Notes under the pieces: generated by a model
The model's input: the letters and a program-made list of their open reading frames with translations, nothing else
What the model was told of the DNA's origin: nothing
Databases searched by the model: none
Made by a program: the position numbers and the translations under genes
Shown: positions 12,139-25,200 of the stretch, one piece after another
Layout: every line of letters starts with the position of its first letter
How positions within the stretch are numbered: the first letter of the stretch is position 1
Source of the DNA: Flectonema sp. DT1601
Lineage: Eukaryota
Assembly (NCBI GenBank): GCA_964019425.1
Contig: OZ025804.1
Coordinates: forward strand, 310,001 to 374,000
Length of the DNA stretch: 64,000 nucleotides
Direction of reading: 5' to 3'

Positions 12139-12973
12139 TTTGTGTTCTGTTTTTGATTTACCGACTAATCGGAAACAGAGTTCATCCTGTAAACAATACT
12201 TTATAAACAACAACGAAATAAAAAACAAACAAACAACAAAACAATAAAATAAATATCGCTGAATGACGTATCAAAGTATCATTCAGCCTGGTCAGCTAAC
12301 CCGTAGGCAAAAAACGACTGCGCAGGTGGAAAGGGGGAGGGTGTGTGTGTGTGTGTTGTGTGGAAGGCGGATGGTAGAACATAAAGTAACTAAATAACAC
12401 GCCCAACAATCTGCGGGTGGGGAGGTTTAAAAACCTTTTTTTTTTTTTTTTTTTTTTTCTCTAAAGTTTGTTTTCTACGTGCGTTCTTACTCTACGCTGG
12501 TAATAGATTTCTCTATTTCCCCGCAGTGAATTCACAACATTATTTCAGTTTTTTTTTTTTTTTTTCTCTTCCACATTGGCATATTGAACAAGAAGACAAC
12601 CTGATAAAGGTTCTTCCGGGTTTACGATTCCAACAGTTTCTAACATATGACGAAGTACGAAGGACACCAACAACAACAAAAAAGAATTGTCTATACACAT
12701 GAAGACAGAAAACAACATCCGCTATTATTACCTGGTATAACAGTGAGCTATTAATTATTTTTTTTTTGTTTCTCTTCTTTTCTTAAACTAGATTGTTCGA
12801 ACAGGAGTTTTTTTAAATTTGGGGGAAAATTCTTTTAGCACAATAAGGGGAAGTGAACTACTTTTTTTTTTTTTTTTTTCTGCATCGGCCTGTCGCTGCA
12901 AGGTCACTGGAGTAGCCTTTCACAGATTACGATATACTTCTTCTTCTTCTTTTCCCCTTCCGCGTCAAGGCAG

Positions 12974-13008
<35 letters not shown>

Positions 13009-13722
13009 GAGAAAAAAATAATAATGAAAGCGCATATCTCTGCAGTTTAAAAACTAGATTGAGGAATCATGCACAAGTCAGTGTGTTTATCATCAACACG
13101 GGGTAAACTTTTTTTTTTTTTTTTTTTTTTTTTTGAATTAAAAAAAACCCTTTGCTCGCACAGTGTAGTATAGGGGACAGGGATAGGGAGGACGAACGTA
13201 AGATGTCACCTAAACAATTTATGACCGGAGAGTGAACGGGGATGCTGAGATCAGTGCACGATTTGGGAAGGCAGACGAGTAGCAATTGATATCAACAAGA
13301 ACAAGAATTTCTCTCTTGTTGTATTTATGTTTTGTTCCGGAAGAGTCGCACATTTCGGAGTGACAGTGTCGTACCTCTCACAAATATAACACTGGTCACC
13401 TCACTTACAACTTTCTATTGAGAAGCAGTAAGAAGGCCACAAACAAACCAAACAGAACTAAGATGCTTCAGCATATCGGACAACAATTTTCTTTTGGTGT
13501 GCAAAGTCTAGTTGCGGTAAAAGATCTCCACCGGGCGGGCTATAATGTTTGACGCGTAATGTTCCAGCAAAAACAACATTTCCCTCAGATAACAAACACG
13601 TAGCCTAAACACTGTTGTGAATGTGCTGACAAAACAGTTGTCAAAAATTGTACCCGCCACCCCCACGAGTCTTTGCATCTTTGCAAAAAAGCTATCTTCA
13701 ATTTTTTTTTGCTTCTTTTACT

Positions 13723-14734
13723 TTAAAATATTATACCACACTGTCCCCCCCTGTCAGGGGACATCGAAGGCATGTCTAGACCTGGAAGGCTACTTAAAGA
13801 CGCTTCTCTACATGGAATAGTTGTTGTTTGAATACAAGGGGAAGCATCCATAGCGTACGGAGACATATCTAAGTCATTATCATCATCTATCACTTCAGGA
13901 ACACCGTACATGAGAAACATCACAATTTTGTTAACATCAGGTGACTTGTTTAATATAAATACGAACTGGCACCAACTCGCATCTTCCATCGGACTCTCCT
14001 GCGCTGGAGGATTAAACGTGAAGTAATCACACGCACCAAGGTTCATAACGCGATCAATTTCAGTCCACATTGATGTCCCAAAGTTTGGATAACCTCTCGC
14101 TGACAATACATGATGCATTAAACTAATTCTCGAGTCGACAGTTTTCCGAACGTTTGCAGGAGGTTCTCTGCAAAAGTAAGAAGGAGAGATGTCACTGTTA
14201 TTGTATTTGCAATTTTATTCGTAATTTCTTTTTCTTTTTATTCAATATAAAACCCAACAACCAAGAATACAACATACGTAAAGTCATGATCAGCAAACGA
14301 CACATTCAAAGCCGTAATAAGATGAACCAGAATGTCAGTATCGGAAGAGCTATTTCCCTTGAGAGGAGTACCCTGTGAAAGTTATGTTATATACGATAGA
14401 CGTTGAACCGCGCAAATAACAAACCACATACGCTGTTTGCAATCTCTAACTGTGCTGGCTGTTCTGCAAGAGGTGTCAAAGTAAAGCTTCCCAAATCGTT
14501 TTCATCATCACAGAAACCCATAGGGAACGGTTGTATACTTGGACTTTCTAATGGTACAGCCATCTGGGGACTGCTGGCTGTTCTTCCCTGAAGTTTTTTT
14601 GCTAATTTTTTATCTTGTGTTACCATTTTACAAGAATACGCCTCAACTCTTCCATAGATAGTAGAACCCTCACCTTGGATTCCATTTAGTAGAGCATTTA
14701 TGGATGAGAAGCTGTCGATGTCGAGGAGTTTCAT
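13723..14734 (-). CDS. MAF1: RNA polymerase III repressor Maf1
   Basis: MKLLD...GRVEAYSCKM...DKKL (box A), LITALNVSFADHDF (box B), WTEIDRVM...CDYFTFNP (box C). Exons 14734-14432, 14372-14278 and 14194 onward join in frame. The extreme 3' end is uncertain (possible donor at 13736). Confidence 0.9.
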
Positions 14735-15312
14735 TTTTTTTTTTTTTTGTGTATTTTTTTCAACCTTGTGATGTTATGTATAGTGCTCACAAGATACAAG
14801 AGAGACCATCATACGTACTTACCGTGAATCTACTATTCATAATCTACGTGTGTTTGAGAACTAATTGTGTTTTTTTTCTTTTCTTTCTTCTTCTCTATTC
14901 TAAATACTTAGTTTTTCATTTTTCATTTTCATTTTTTTTTTTTTTTTGTGTGTTTCGCAGCACAACTCAAAACCGACTCGGAAGCTAACTTCTGCGAGTT
15001 TAAAATTAATAACCATCACTAGCAGACATCATAGATTGCTGAATACACACAAAAAAAAAAAATACAATTCTCCTTTCAAAGGAAGTCTAACGATGGTTTA
15101 ATATGGTTAACACGTATGCGTGTTCACAATAAAGAAATAGAAGGAAAAGAAAACTATTCAGGTTAGCCTTATATTTCATTGAAACGCAGACAGAATCCTG
15201 TCGTTCTGACCATATGAAATATCGGCTTTCAATCTGAATACGACTAAGTCGGTATAAGGAAAAAAAAAAAAAAAACCTCAGTCGGAATCGAACTTGGGAA
15301 GATTCAAAAAAA

Positions 15313-18165
15313 TTAGAATGCGAAATTGTTGCTGTACTCACTTTCTGTGCTTCCCTGGTAGGAGTCGAAGTCGACGGGTTCTTCAGAGGTGAGGTCTTTT
15401 TCGTGTCGGTTGTATTCCTCTTCTTCTTCACGGGCTCGCTGGGCAACTACTCGAAAAACTTCAAATCGACCTTCTTTCATTGACTTCAACATCAAACACC
15501 ACTGAGAGTCCCATTCGCACTCAATGCAGGATCGCGACATAACTTCGAATTCGACAGACTCTGCTCCAGCGGAAATCTCGACTAACGATCGATTCATAAC
15601 TTCAGAACAACTTAAAGACCAGCTGATGAACTCCTCAGTCTCTTCATTTAGTAGACTTCTTCTTATTTCATATTCTCCTGAAATGATTTCTTCAACAAAC
15701 TCAGAAATGTCTATCTCAACTTCTTTATCTTCACTACTTTCAGAATGGTGAGGAGACTTTGTTGATTCTGGGGGTGATATTTCGTCTGGTTTCATTTTCT
15801 CGTCTACATCAGCACTTAGTCTCCGAAGTTGATTTTGTGGTATGGTAGTTTCCAAAGCATCAGCTGCTGGCTTCTCATCAGATTGTGGTGTTGAGTTTTC
15901 TTGATCACTATTGTTGGTGATTGAGTCTTTATTTAGATCACTCCACGCCGGTTGTGAAATGACACTCTTTACTACTTCTTCTGGAACCACATTCACTGCT
16001 GGTGCGGTAGCTGGTCGTTGCTGGGTCAGATCAGCAGCCAGATAGCTTTCAGTACTGGCAGTACTACTTGTTGTAGAAGTTGTTGTTTGTGTAATGATTG
16101 TGTTATCAGGTTGTGATTGTTTATTTTTACTAACAGTAGTTTGTTGTTGTTTTACAACAGGTTCTTCTAAGGTAATACTCACAGGTTTTAATTGGGGCTG
16201 CGTATGATGAGTTCCACTCGAAGGTATTTCCTGTACAGGATATTCAACGTTGTGATTGAGTTGTTGTTGTTGATGATGATGAGGCTGTTGATGAGTAAGA
16301 AGGCTGTCGGATTCTTTAGCAGCAACAGTTGTGTTGTTAGAAATAATTTGATCTCTTCCAGTGTTGGAATCGACAGCTGCTATCGTTGGGTCGTTTCCAT
16401 TGTCAATGTCACGAAGTTGTCGTTGCATTTCAAGCTGCCTGTCGAGGAGTCTCCGACGGATGGAGTCCGCTGACTCCGAATTCTGACTGCTGGCAGACGG
16501 GAAGCTCAACCTGACACGTCGCTCGTTCTCCTCAGCTTCTTTCAGTTTCTGTTGTAATTCGCGTTGTTTCTCCAAAAGAAGAGAACGTTCAGAATGATTG
16601 AATTGATCTGACCACTCATCAGTTTCTTCAGCCTGAATAGTTTGTCGTTCTTGAGTTTGGGGACGAGGAGGTTTATTTATTTGTTGCTTCCTATTGTGAA
16701 ATAACATTCCCTCATCTGACACAGACGACAATGATGAAAATGATCCAATCTCATCTCTATTCCACTTCCTCCTCCTCCTTTGTTTGTCACTAGGCATGTA
16801 AGAATATATTGACTTTGGCTGCTTCGTTGCTCTCGCTCTTTCTGATTCTAATTCTAATTTTCCTTTTATCATAGTCTCGCAGAATTCCCGTTGTTGAGAC
16901 TGCAGTAAATTTATTTCAGTCGATAGCCGGGTTCGAACTTGCTGTTCCACCAGTTGTTTTGCTTCTTCCAAGTCGAGGAGGTGTTTTCTCTTTAAAACGT
17001 CTAATTGAGTTGAGAGATCAGATTTTAATTCCATTTCCCTGGTGTCGTATTCTCTTCGGATTTCTTCTGTTCTGTTTAATAGGTTTTGCTGTGCTTCGGA
17101 TGTCAAGAAATCCGTCTGAGATGTGATCTGCTGTCTTTGAGCAGCCCAGGTATTCCTGTCTTGCTGATGCTGGTCTTGTTGGTCACAGAGTTCTCTATTA
17201 AGTTTCAACAGTTCATTTTGAGATGATCTCAAACGTGACTGAACTTCAGTCTTCTCCATCTGTATTGTTTTCACTTCAGCTGTAAGCAGCCTGACTTGTG
17301 ACTCAACCTTCTCGATTGATATTTGTTTTTGCAACACGTCTTGCTGCAATGTTACATAAGTCCCATCTTTGATCCTAATCTGAGAACTGAATTCCTCCCT
17401 TTCCCTTTGAAGGTGGATGGCACTTAAATCAACTTCATGAGATCTCGATTGTAGAGTCGTTCTCTCGAGTTCTATTTCTCTGGTGAGGCGGGTTTCTTTA
17501 GCTGCGTATTCTGACTGCATTGATTGAATTTTTTGTTCATACTTCTTGGCCTCGTCTAGTTTAATTTGAGAAGTCTCATGACTTCGAAATCTGTTTATCT
17601 CCTGCTTCAACGCCTCTTCGGATATCTTTTTCAATTCTAACTCAACCTGCGACATTCTTGCAGACGTTGAAGGTTCTCTTTGCTGAAGTCTATGAGCTCT
17701 GTAGGCCTCATCTATCTCACGTAGTTTGTAGTCTAGAGAACTCGAATCTGAGAGATCCCCTGCTTGAGTTGATTGATTCTCTACATTTTGTTTTTTAATC
17801 GAATGTAGAGCCGTTAATATCGGTTTTATACTACTGTGGGTGTCATCTATGTTAGTTAGTATCCGCTGTGCCTCTTCGAGCGGTAGCTTTGGTGCTGCTG
17901 CCAAGTTCGATTCCGCGACAAACACCGATTCCGCGAAATGGTATCCAGCGCCTTTCATATATTCTAATACTAGTACGTCCATTGCCATTGCTCCGATGCA
18001 TTTTTCACTGCCTCCGCTGTTATCTTTTCCACCCATGTCTTGGTAGAGCATGTTACGCATCCACGCTTTTAGAATACCGAATTTTCCCTTTTGTTGTAAT
18101 CTAAGAAAGAGTTTCTCGCGAACCTCATCGAGAGACATCTCCGGGAGTGGGGAGGATGCCGCCAT
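15313..18165 (-). CDS. OFD1: OFD1-like centriole/basal-body protein (LisH + coiled coil)
   Basis: N-terminal REKLFLRLQQKG...LKAWMR; LisH-like LVLEYMKGAGYHFAESVFVAES; SLDYKLREIDEAY; EINRFRSHETSQIKLDE; followed by a long coiled coil. Confidence 0.75.
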   Translation of the reverse strand: MAASSPLPEMSLDEVREKLFLRLQQKGKFGILKAWMRNMLYQDMGGKDNSGGSEKCIGAMAMDVLVLEYMKGAGYHFAESVFVAESNLAAAPKLPLEEAQRILTNIDDTHSSIKPILTALHSIKKQNVENQSTQAGDLSDSSSLDYKLREIDEAYRAHRLQQREPSTSARMSQVELELKKISEEALKQEINRFRSHETSQIKLDEAKKYEQKIQSMQSEYAAKETRLTREIELERTTLQSRSHEVDLSAIHLQREREEFSSQIRIKDGTYVTLQQDVLQKQISIEKVESQVRLLTAEVKTIQMEKTEVQSRLRSSQNELLKLNRELCDQQDQHQQDRNTWAAQRQQITSQTDFLTSEAQQNLLNRTEEIRREYDTREMELKSDLSTQLDVLKRKHLLDLEEAKQLVEQQVRTRLSTEINLLQSQQREFCETMIKGKLELESERARATKQPKSIYSYMPSDKQRRRRKWNRDEIGSFSSLSSVSDEGMLFHNRKQQINKPPRPQTQERQTIQAEETDEWSDQFNHSERSLLLEKQRELQQKLKEAEENERRVRLSFPSASSQNSESADSIRRRLLDRQLEMQRQLRDIDNGNDPTIAAVDSNTGRDQIISNNTTVAAKESDSLLTHQQPHHHQQQQLNHNVEYPVQEIPSSGTHHTQPQLKPVSITLEEPVVKQQQTTVSKNKQSQPDNTIITQTTTSTTSSTASTESYLAADLTQQRPATAPAVNVVPEEVVKSVISQPAWSDLNKDSITNNSDQENSTPQSDEKPAADALETTIPQNQLRRLSADVDEKMKPDEISPPESTKSPHHSESSEDKEVEIDISEFVEEIISGEYEIRRSLLNEETEEFISWSLSCSEVMNRSLVEISAGAESVEFEVMSRSCIECEWDSQWCLMLKSMKEGRFEVFRVVAQRAREEEEEYNRHEKDLTSEEPVDFDSYQGSTESEYSNNFAF

Positions 18166-18563
18166 CTGAATACGAGAATGTACCTAACGAGAATATGAAT
18201 TACAGGTTTACGTTACGTTTTAATGTTAAGAAGCAAAAGACAAGTGAATGCTTAGCTTTAATTCTCGTCCATTGTTTTTTTTTGTTTTTTTGCTGTGCAC
18301 GTTGTTAAATTTAATAGTTTGGGTACAGATGCCGAAATCTTATTTCGTTACCAACTTGCTCGTTAAGAGCAAAAGTTATTTTGAAGGAAAAGAAGAAAAA
18401 AAAAAAAAGAAAAACACTCATACGCTTATGCTTATCACTGTTTTTGTTTTCCCCACGGCAGCATGCATAACTTTTCACAAGTTGCACCTGAGTCGCAGTT
18501 TTTTGTGCGCAAATTAATAGACCAACACGGCCATTGAACCACAAGACACATTTGTTAAGGAAA

Positions 18564-18594
<31 letters not shown>

Positions 18595-18807
18595 GGAAAA
18601 CATCACCCAGGCTGGCAACATCATGCCTGTTTCGTGTAAAATATATTATACACCGCACTGCACTCGGATGCAACAAGCCAAAAAGAAACTTTAAAGCTTA
18701 ACACAGATGCATGAAGAAAGGATAAACAATGCTAAAAAAAACATATGATTTTCTTTTTTGCACACGTATTCAACCCCAAAGCAAAGAATTAACTAGCTTC
18801 CAGGCAG

Positions 18808-18838
<31 letters not shown>

Positions 18839-19086
18839 CATGGGTTGCTTTGGCTGAAACAGTCTAAAGAGAAAAAAAAAAAAAGGAATGGAACAAAAAC
18901 ACACAAAGGCTATTTCGAAGCAACAATTCAGTAGGAGCGAACCATCACAACGATAAACAGAAATAATACGAAACAACATGAAAAAAACTAAAAAAATCAC
19001 AACAATAATAATTAAAAAACATTGAGTGAGGTAGCTACTCGGCTGAGATGTCAATGTCGTGGCCAGAGTTTGAGGTATCTAGTTTA

Positions 19087-21791
19087 TTAATTCGTACGAG
19101 TAATTACAAAACGAGCGCTACCATCATCGTCGTACCACTGTGGGAATGCAGTTCCCCACAAATTGTTATGAAGATTAGCATGCATGCCACCCTTTACCGG
19201 GTTTGTTTGGTTGCAGTTTGCTGTGCCTCCCCAGCCACGTTCACGACAGAAGTGGAGTAGGTGGTTGACGTCACCAACACCTACCAGTCCAGTGTCTATG
19301 AAATTGACGGTCGTGGTACCATTTTGATCTTTCAGAGAAACACCTTGATTTACAAAGTGTTTAAATAAAGTACCTCCACGAACAACATCAAGAGGATCAA
19401 TCGGTTGTCCCATCACATCCATCATCCACTTCGCATTACTTTGCGACCTGACATTCCAAGAAACCCAAAAAGACTCCGCTAGTCTTGTTGCAGTCTTTCC
19501 AAACCAAGAGTAACTGAACGCCACTGTATCCGTAACGTCAATTTTTAGATAGATCTCCGCAGCTGCTCCGTAGTATTTAACGGCCTCATGAGGAAGTGCT
19601 AACTGCACAAGAATAGAACAGTGAGCTCCCTCCCCACCACTATACTTAGCATCCTTAACAGTAGTGAACCAGGATGTTGCGTCAGGGTCTGCAGAAGACA
19701 TGCCGGCCTTACCAAAATCACCCCCAGCGTACTCTGATGCGAATGTTTGGAAATCCTCATCTGAGTAGCTGACGTAGGTAACCTTTCCAAGTCCATCAGA
19801 ACCTCCCTTACTGAGATTAATTGAATTCTTAATATCGACAAGTGATGACACAGAGCCGTCAGTTTTGTTTAATTGGATTCTGAATCGTCCGCATTGGAGG
19901 GGAGTGAAGTCGTATTTCTTTGGAAAGTTTGAAGACTCAGGTCTTGTCGGATACATCAACGGAATCATCTGTTCTTCAAGACGAGAGACAACAGGAATCC
20001 ATTCAGCAGCTTGTTGTTGTGTTGGTATGATTGCATTAGTACGACGAGCATTACTCTTCTCACCATGTGACCATCCGTTTAGAGAAGACCAACTAGGAAG
20101 TGGATGCATCCATTCTCTTTGTTCTGCCCACTCTTGTTCTACAACAAGATACCTAAGATCACCTCTCACAGAGTTAAATCCAACATTATCCCAGTTCGTT
20201 GGTGTTCTAAGTTCTGGTAAGAAGTTTCCAACACTATAACCCCAATTATGTTCACAGGGTCCTTTCATTAATCTTCTCATGTACGAATCGTATAAAGGGT
20301 TTGAACTGGATACGTTAGATCCTTTTAGGACTCTCCTCGCAGCTCTAAAAGTTGAAACTTTAATTGGGTCTGCAGGTGCCCCATACAACCAGCTATCACC
20401 CAACTCGATTGTGTACTGTGGGAGGCTATCTTTTTGCTTTAGAGCCTCAGCTGTGAAGGCGTCCAATGAACTTCTGAGGATTTCTGCATTTGGGTTTTTT
20501 TTCTGTAGAGAAGTCCAAAAAGCGTCAACCTGTTCAGCAGTAGGAGGACCAGAGTTATCCAGAGTGAAAAGGAATACTAATGCGACTCCTGTTTGGCTTC
20601 TCACTATTGAAGATGCAGTTTGTGGAGGGAGTTCGACTTCTTTGCCGTAGTCGGCTTCGATCATTGTGAGGAGCTCAGTTCCAGTTTTGAGATCTTTCCA
20701 CATGAATGTTGGAATAACTTCAGGTAACCCACCCACACCATTATATCCAATATGAAATCCTTTTATTCCTCTCTTTGCGAGTCCAGGAATGGCTGCTCTC
20801 GACATTCCTGTTGTGTCGCTGAGTTTGCCGGCGAGGTTGCCCCAGGATTTGCCGTACTTCGCGTTTAAAACATCTTTCATTCTTAAACTATAATCCCAGA
20901 GGTCAGGATCTAATACTTCGGTTAAGAAATTAACAGCATTGGCTTGCCAGATGACTGTTTCGTTTGCAATCATTTCTTCCATCAGTTTAATCTCATTCGG
21001 TGTTCTTCTTCGATGAGCGCAACCAGCAGCTCCATCAAGGTATTCTTGAATAATCCAAGGGAACTCTGTCCATGAGAATTCTGCTTTTGAACGCATCTGT
21101 TTCAGTTTTGTTGCTGTCTCAGCTGCAGCAGGAAAGTAGGTATCGAAGTAGGTGTCGCACACGTTTCTCGTACTGTTAGTAAATCCTAAATCCAAGTGAG
21201 TCATATACACAACGTGGATCTTTGTGAGCTCGAGTGACTTTACGCATGTTGGCTGACCTGTTTTTTGTTTTGTTTATTTTCATCGTAGCATTCCACTAAA
21301 ATTAAAATTAATAAATTAGGTGTTAGTATTAATAGTCAAAAAAAAAGAACCAACTACAAAAATTCGTAAGACAACAAACAAAATAATAGTTGGTAAATAA
21401 AGTGTTAAATAAACAAACCTTGGTGTCCCCTAACACAAGTATCACCAACACTGCAGCAAGTTTGCGGCATGAAATTTGTTCCTCCGCAGTTTCTGTTTCC
21501 ATCGGTAATATTTTTGATAGGACATGCGTTGTTCCAAATTTCACCATTTTGCCATGTAATCCTGCTACAGTTTTCTGAAATTTTTCCAGTGAATGCGAAT
21601 GGCAAGTACGCAGAGATATCCAAATCGTCTATGGTTCCATTTCCGGTGAATCCACCTTCGAACTTTAACTTATCCCCCGGCATTGAAAACTCAATCGAAG
21701 TTACCGAATAATCATTTGTCCAATATCCAGTAATATTACTGCACGGGGTGCTGCTTAGAGCAGCAGTAACTGCAACAACCGCAGCAATCAT
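19087..21791 (-). CDS. Secreted DUF5054-like / GH38-N-related glycoside hydrolase
   Basis: Exon 1 (21791-21419) encodes a signal peptide and a Cys-rich domain. A phase-1 intron leads to exon 2 (21257-19087) with KIHVVYMTHLDLGFT, DNSGPP, ELGDSWLYG, EHNWG, KTATRLAESFW and NLHNNLWGTAFPQW, motifs I recognise from bacterial DUF5054-type proteins. Confidence 0.75.
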
Positions 21792-22218
21792 GGTTTCCCT
21801 TTTTTTCCCCTTTTTTTGAAATTGAAAAAATAAATACAAATAAACAACATAATAATCATGAAATTCAGTTTTTAACTCTTCTCACATATTTGGATCTGGT
21901 GAGTTAAATTTTTTTAAAAAAAAGTAAAATAAAATAAAAAAACGACTCAGGGAATCGAACTGGCGTCCAAGTAGTACCAAAACATAAACTAAACTGGCAA
22001 AAGTTTTTTAAGACAGCAGATTGTGAGAAACAACAAACGTTATAAAGTGATTGGGATAACAGTGCCAGTAGGTTGGTAAACAACGAGCTTGTAAAGCATT
22101 TTAACCCTCAGTGTAATAGAGTAGATAAATAGTAATAAAACGAGCAAGGAAAGACAATACGAGGAAGTTAGGCTGAGCAGAATATTTTTTTTTTCCCCCT
22201 TCCCCCTAAAGAAGTCTG

Positions 22219-25200
22219 TTACTTTTTTACTTTTCTCGGAGGTTTTGCTGTAGGTGGGACCTGAGCATTCAATGTTTGTATTTCTGTTCTCAGGGAGTCC
22301 CGCAGAGATTCCAATTCGCGTTTCTGTTTCATGCACTTCTCAAGAGAGACGATGTCACCCTTCTCCTTCGCAGCAACAGCTTCATGGAGACAAGTCGTTA
22401 CCATGGTACTTACCTCTGAGAGTTTCTTCCTCTTCTCAGATAAGATTTCTTCAGGCGTTTTCTTGGGAGGTGGCGGTGGTGCTATCTCTGCTTTCTTTCC
22501 AGTGATCAGTTCTGTTCGGGCGGCTTCCACCGAACGTTTCTGTAAAACCAGCTGCTTTGCCTTTGAAACATCACCAGCTTGCTGAGCTGATCGGGCTTGT
22601 CGTAATATGTCATCCATTTGACGTGATAACTCACTGGCTTTACTGTCTTTTGTGAAGTCAGCTTCACCAGATGCATAAGCAGAAAGAGCAATAGACATTG
22701 GGATTCCAGTCACAGTATTTAATCCCATGGCTTCACATTGTGGTCCCCAGGCCTCTTCTGGAACAGTGTCACCACCACAATGTTTAATAGCTCGATTCAT
22801 CTGTTATTATATTATTAGTAATCATGGATTAGTTTTTAAAGAAGGGAATCATTAACTTTCAAAGCTTTGGTTGAATTCATACCTCAGAAAAACTCCAAAA
22901 TCCATCCTTGTTTACATCATAAAGTTTAAAGTACGAAATCATTTCCAAAGTAGGCTCAGGTCCCTGTTGTGTGTGAATAATGTACAGTTAATATTCGTTA
23001 TACAGTTGGCAATAAAACTATTAAAAAGAAAATCATACCTTCGGCTCTGGTGGAGGGTCATCTGCAGGAGGCTGACTGAGGACCGACTGACGCTGAGACT
23101 CTGCGGACTTCATATTTCTCATGTGTTGCTTTGCAGTTTCCATGTCACCTGAAGATCTCGCAGCTAATGCGAGAGAACGTTCTGACTGGATTGTTAAAGA
23201 TAATAAAGACAACTGATTGTGTTGTTTAAAAAGATTTGAAGAACAACCATCAACAGTGTACGGCAACAACACAATATTCTTTGGAGCTCCCCTACCAGTA
23301 TTGATATTATGAGTAGCGCAATACGTCTGCCACGATGCTACTGTAAATGGGTCATCTCCTCTGTGTTGATTCGCCGTATTGAATTCAGCCATGGTCCAGT
23401 ACCCACTTTTAGTTAAGTCATATCGAGTAAAGTATTCTATCTGTTCGTCAGTGTATGTAATCACTGGGGTAGTTGGTTGTTTATTTCTTATCATCCGAGT
23501 TTCTAATGAGATCTTCTCCGAGAGGAGTTTTTTCGCCTTTTCAATGTCACCGGACTCCCTCGCCAGCTGGGCAGCTTTTTTAATACCATTGATCCTGACA
23601 GTTATATCATCTTCATTGGAAGGTGTTGTACCCGACACTGCTTCTAACTTCTCTGTTAATTCACGTCGTTCCAGAAGTAGTGCTTTTGCTTTGATTATGT
23701 CACCAGCTGATTTAGATTGAATAGCCTGCGTTGTTAATTGTTGAATCTTTTCTTGTGTTGTTAGTTGTGTGTTGTCTTTAGGTTTTATGGCTGCAGAACT
23801 CTGTTCTGAAGCTGACGCCCTGACTATTTCTGACTGAGATCCTTGTTGTAGCTCAACGAGTCTCTTTCTTTCTTCCATTAGTAGTCTTGCTTTTGGTATG
23901 TCGCCCGACTGTTTGGCGGTGAGGGCCTGTTGTGTGATTGAATTTATTTTTGAATCCAAATCCTCAACAGAGTCAGGTTGTGTAGTAGTAATTGGAGTAG
24001 GTAGAGAACCTTCAACTATGGATTGCTTTGTCTTTTTAAGAACAGCGTTCTGTGTCAACAACGACTTCGCAAGAGTAATATCTTCAGAAGCTTTAGCTGC
24101 AACTGCTTTAGAGTGATTGTCTTCAATCTGACAAGAAATCTTAGACAGCTGTGAATCTTTTTCAAAGTCAGCATTTCCTTCAATGTACTCACCCATGGCT
24201 AATTCATAAGGAAGTCCCTTACTTGGATCTAATTGTAAGTATTCACACTGCTGTCCCCACACAGTTAGATCGATGCTGTTCCCTCCGGTATGGCTGAGGG
24301 CTCTGTTTGTTTCACTGAGATTCCAAAACCCATCTTTATTTTGGTCATAAATTATGAAATAAGCTCTGAAAGCTTCTGACTGCGGGTGTACTTTCTTGGC
24401 TGCTGATTCCTGTTGTTGTTGTCGTAGTAAGTCTTCCTTCTCTGCGTCTAACTTCTTCTTGCGGATCATTAGTTGCTTTGCTGTTTCCAGATCACCAGAC
24501 TTCTTAGCAGTCAAAGCATTCTGAATTAATATTGATATCTGAGTAGATAATTCTCGAATACGCGTATCTAAGTTAGGGGAAGGAGTTGGAGTTGCTAGAT
24601 CCCCACCTGCTACCTTCCCAAGAGCAGCGAGTAGTTCCGGGTCGTTCATATCTTCTTCATTGACACTGCTGACATCGGATTCAGCGTCTGGTTCTTCTTC
24701 TGCAGACACGTTTTTCGACAGCTCAGCGAGAACCCTCTCAGACTGGGTGATTAGATTCTTCAGTTCGTCTTGAAGGCGTTTATTTTCTTTCAAGAACGTC
24801 ATAGCTTCGAGCTGCTTCTTCTCTTTCTTAAGAACATTCGCTTTTTCAAAAGACTGCTGCATGCCGGTAAGCGTCTGCAGAAGTCTCTCTGATAAGTCCT
24901 TTGCTTCTCGGGAATTGAATTGTAGCAGCTGCTGGCGAAGATATTCAGCGACTTGTTTTGGTGTAGATCCAGGTGGAGCGGTGGGTATATCTTGTGGTTT
25001 GCTTTCAACTTTTGAAACGCTAACAGCTGGCGGCTGTTGTGATACAGTTTCACCCGCCACCTTCCCAAGAGCAGCGAGTAGCTCCGGGTCGTTCATATCT
25101 TCTTCATTAACACTGCTGACATCGGATTCAGCGTCTGGTTCTTGTGAGGCTTCTGTTTTTGTAGCAGATTGCTGTACCACAGGTTGTGACTCAGTTATAG

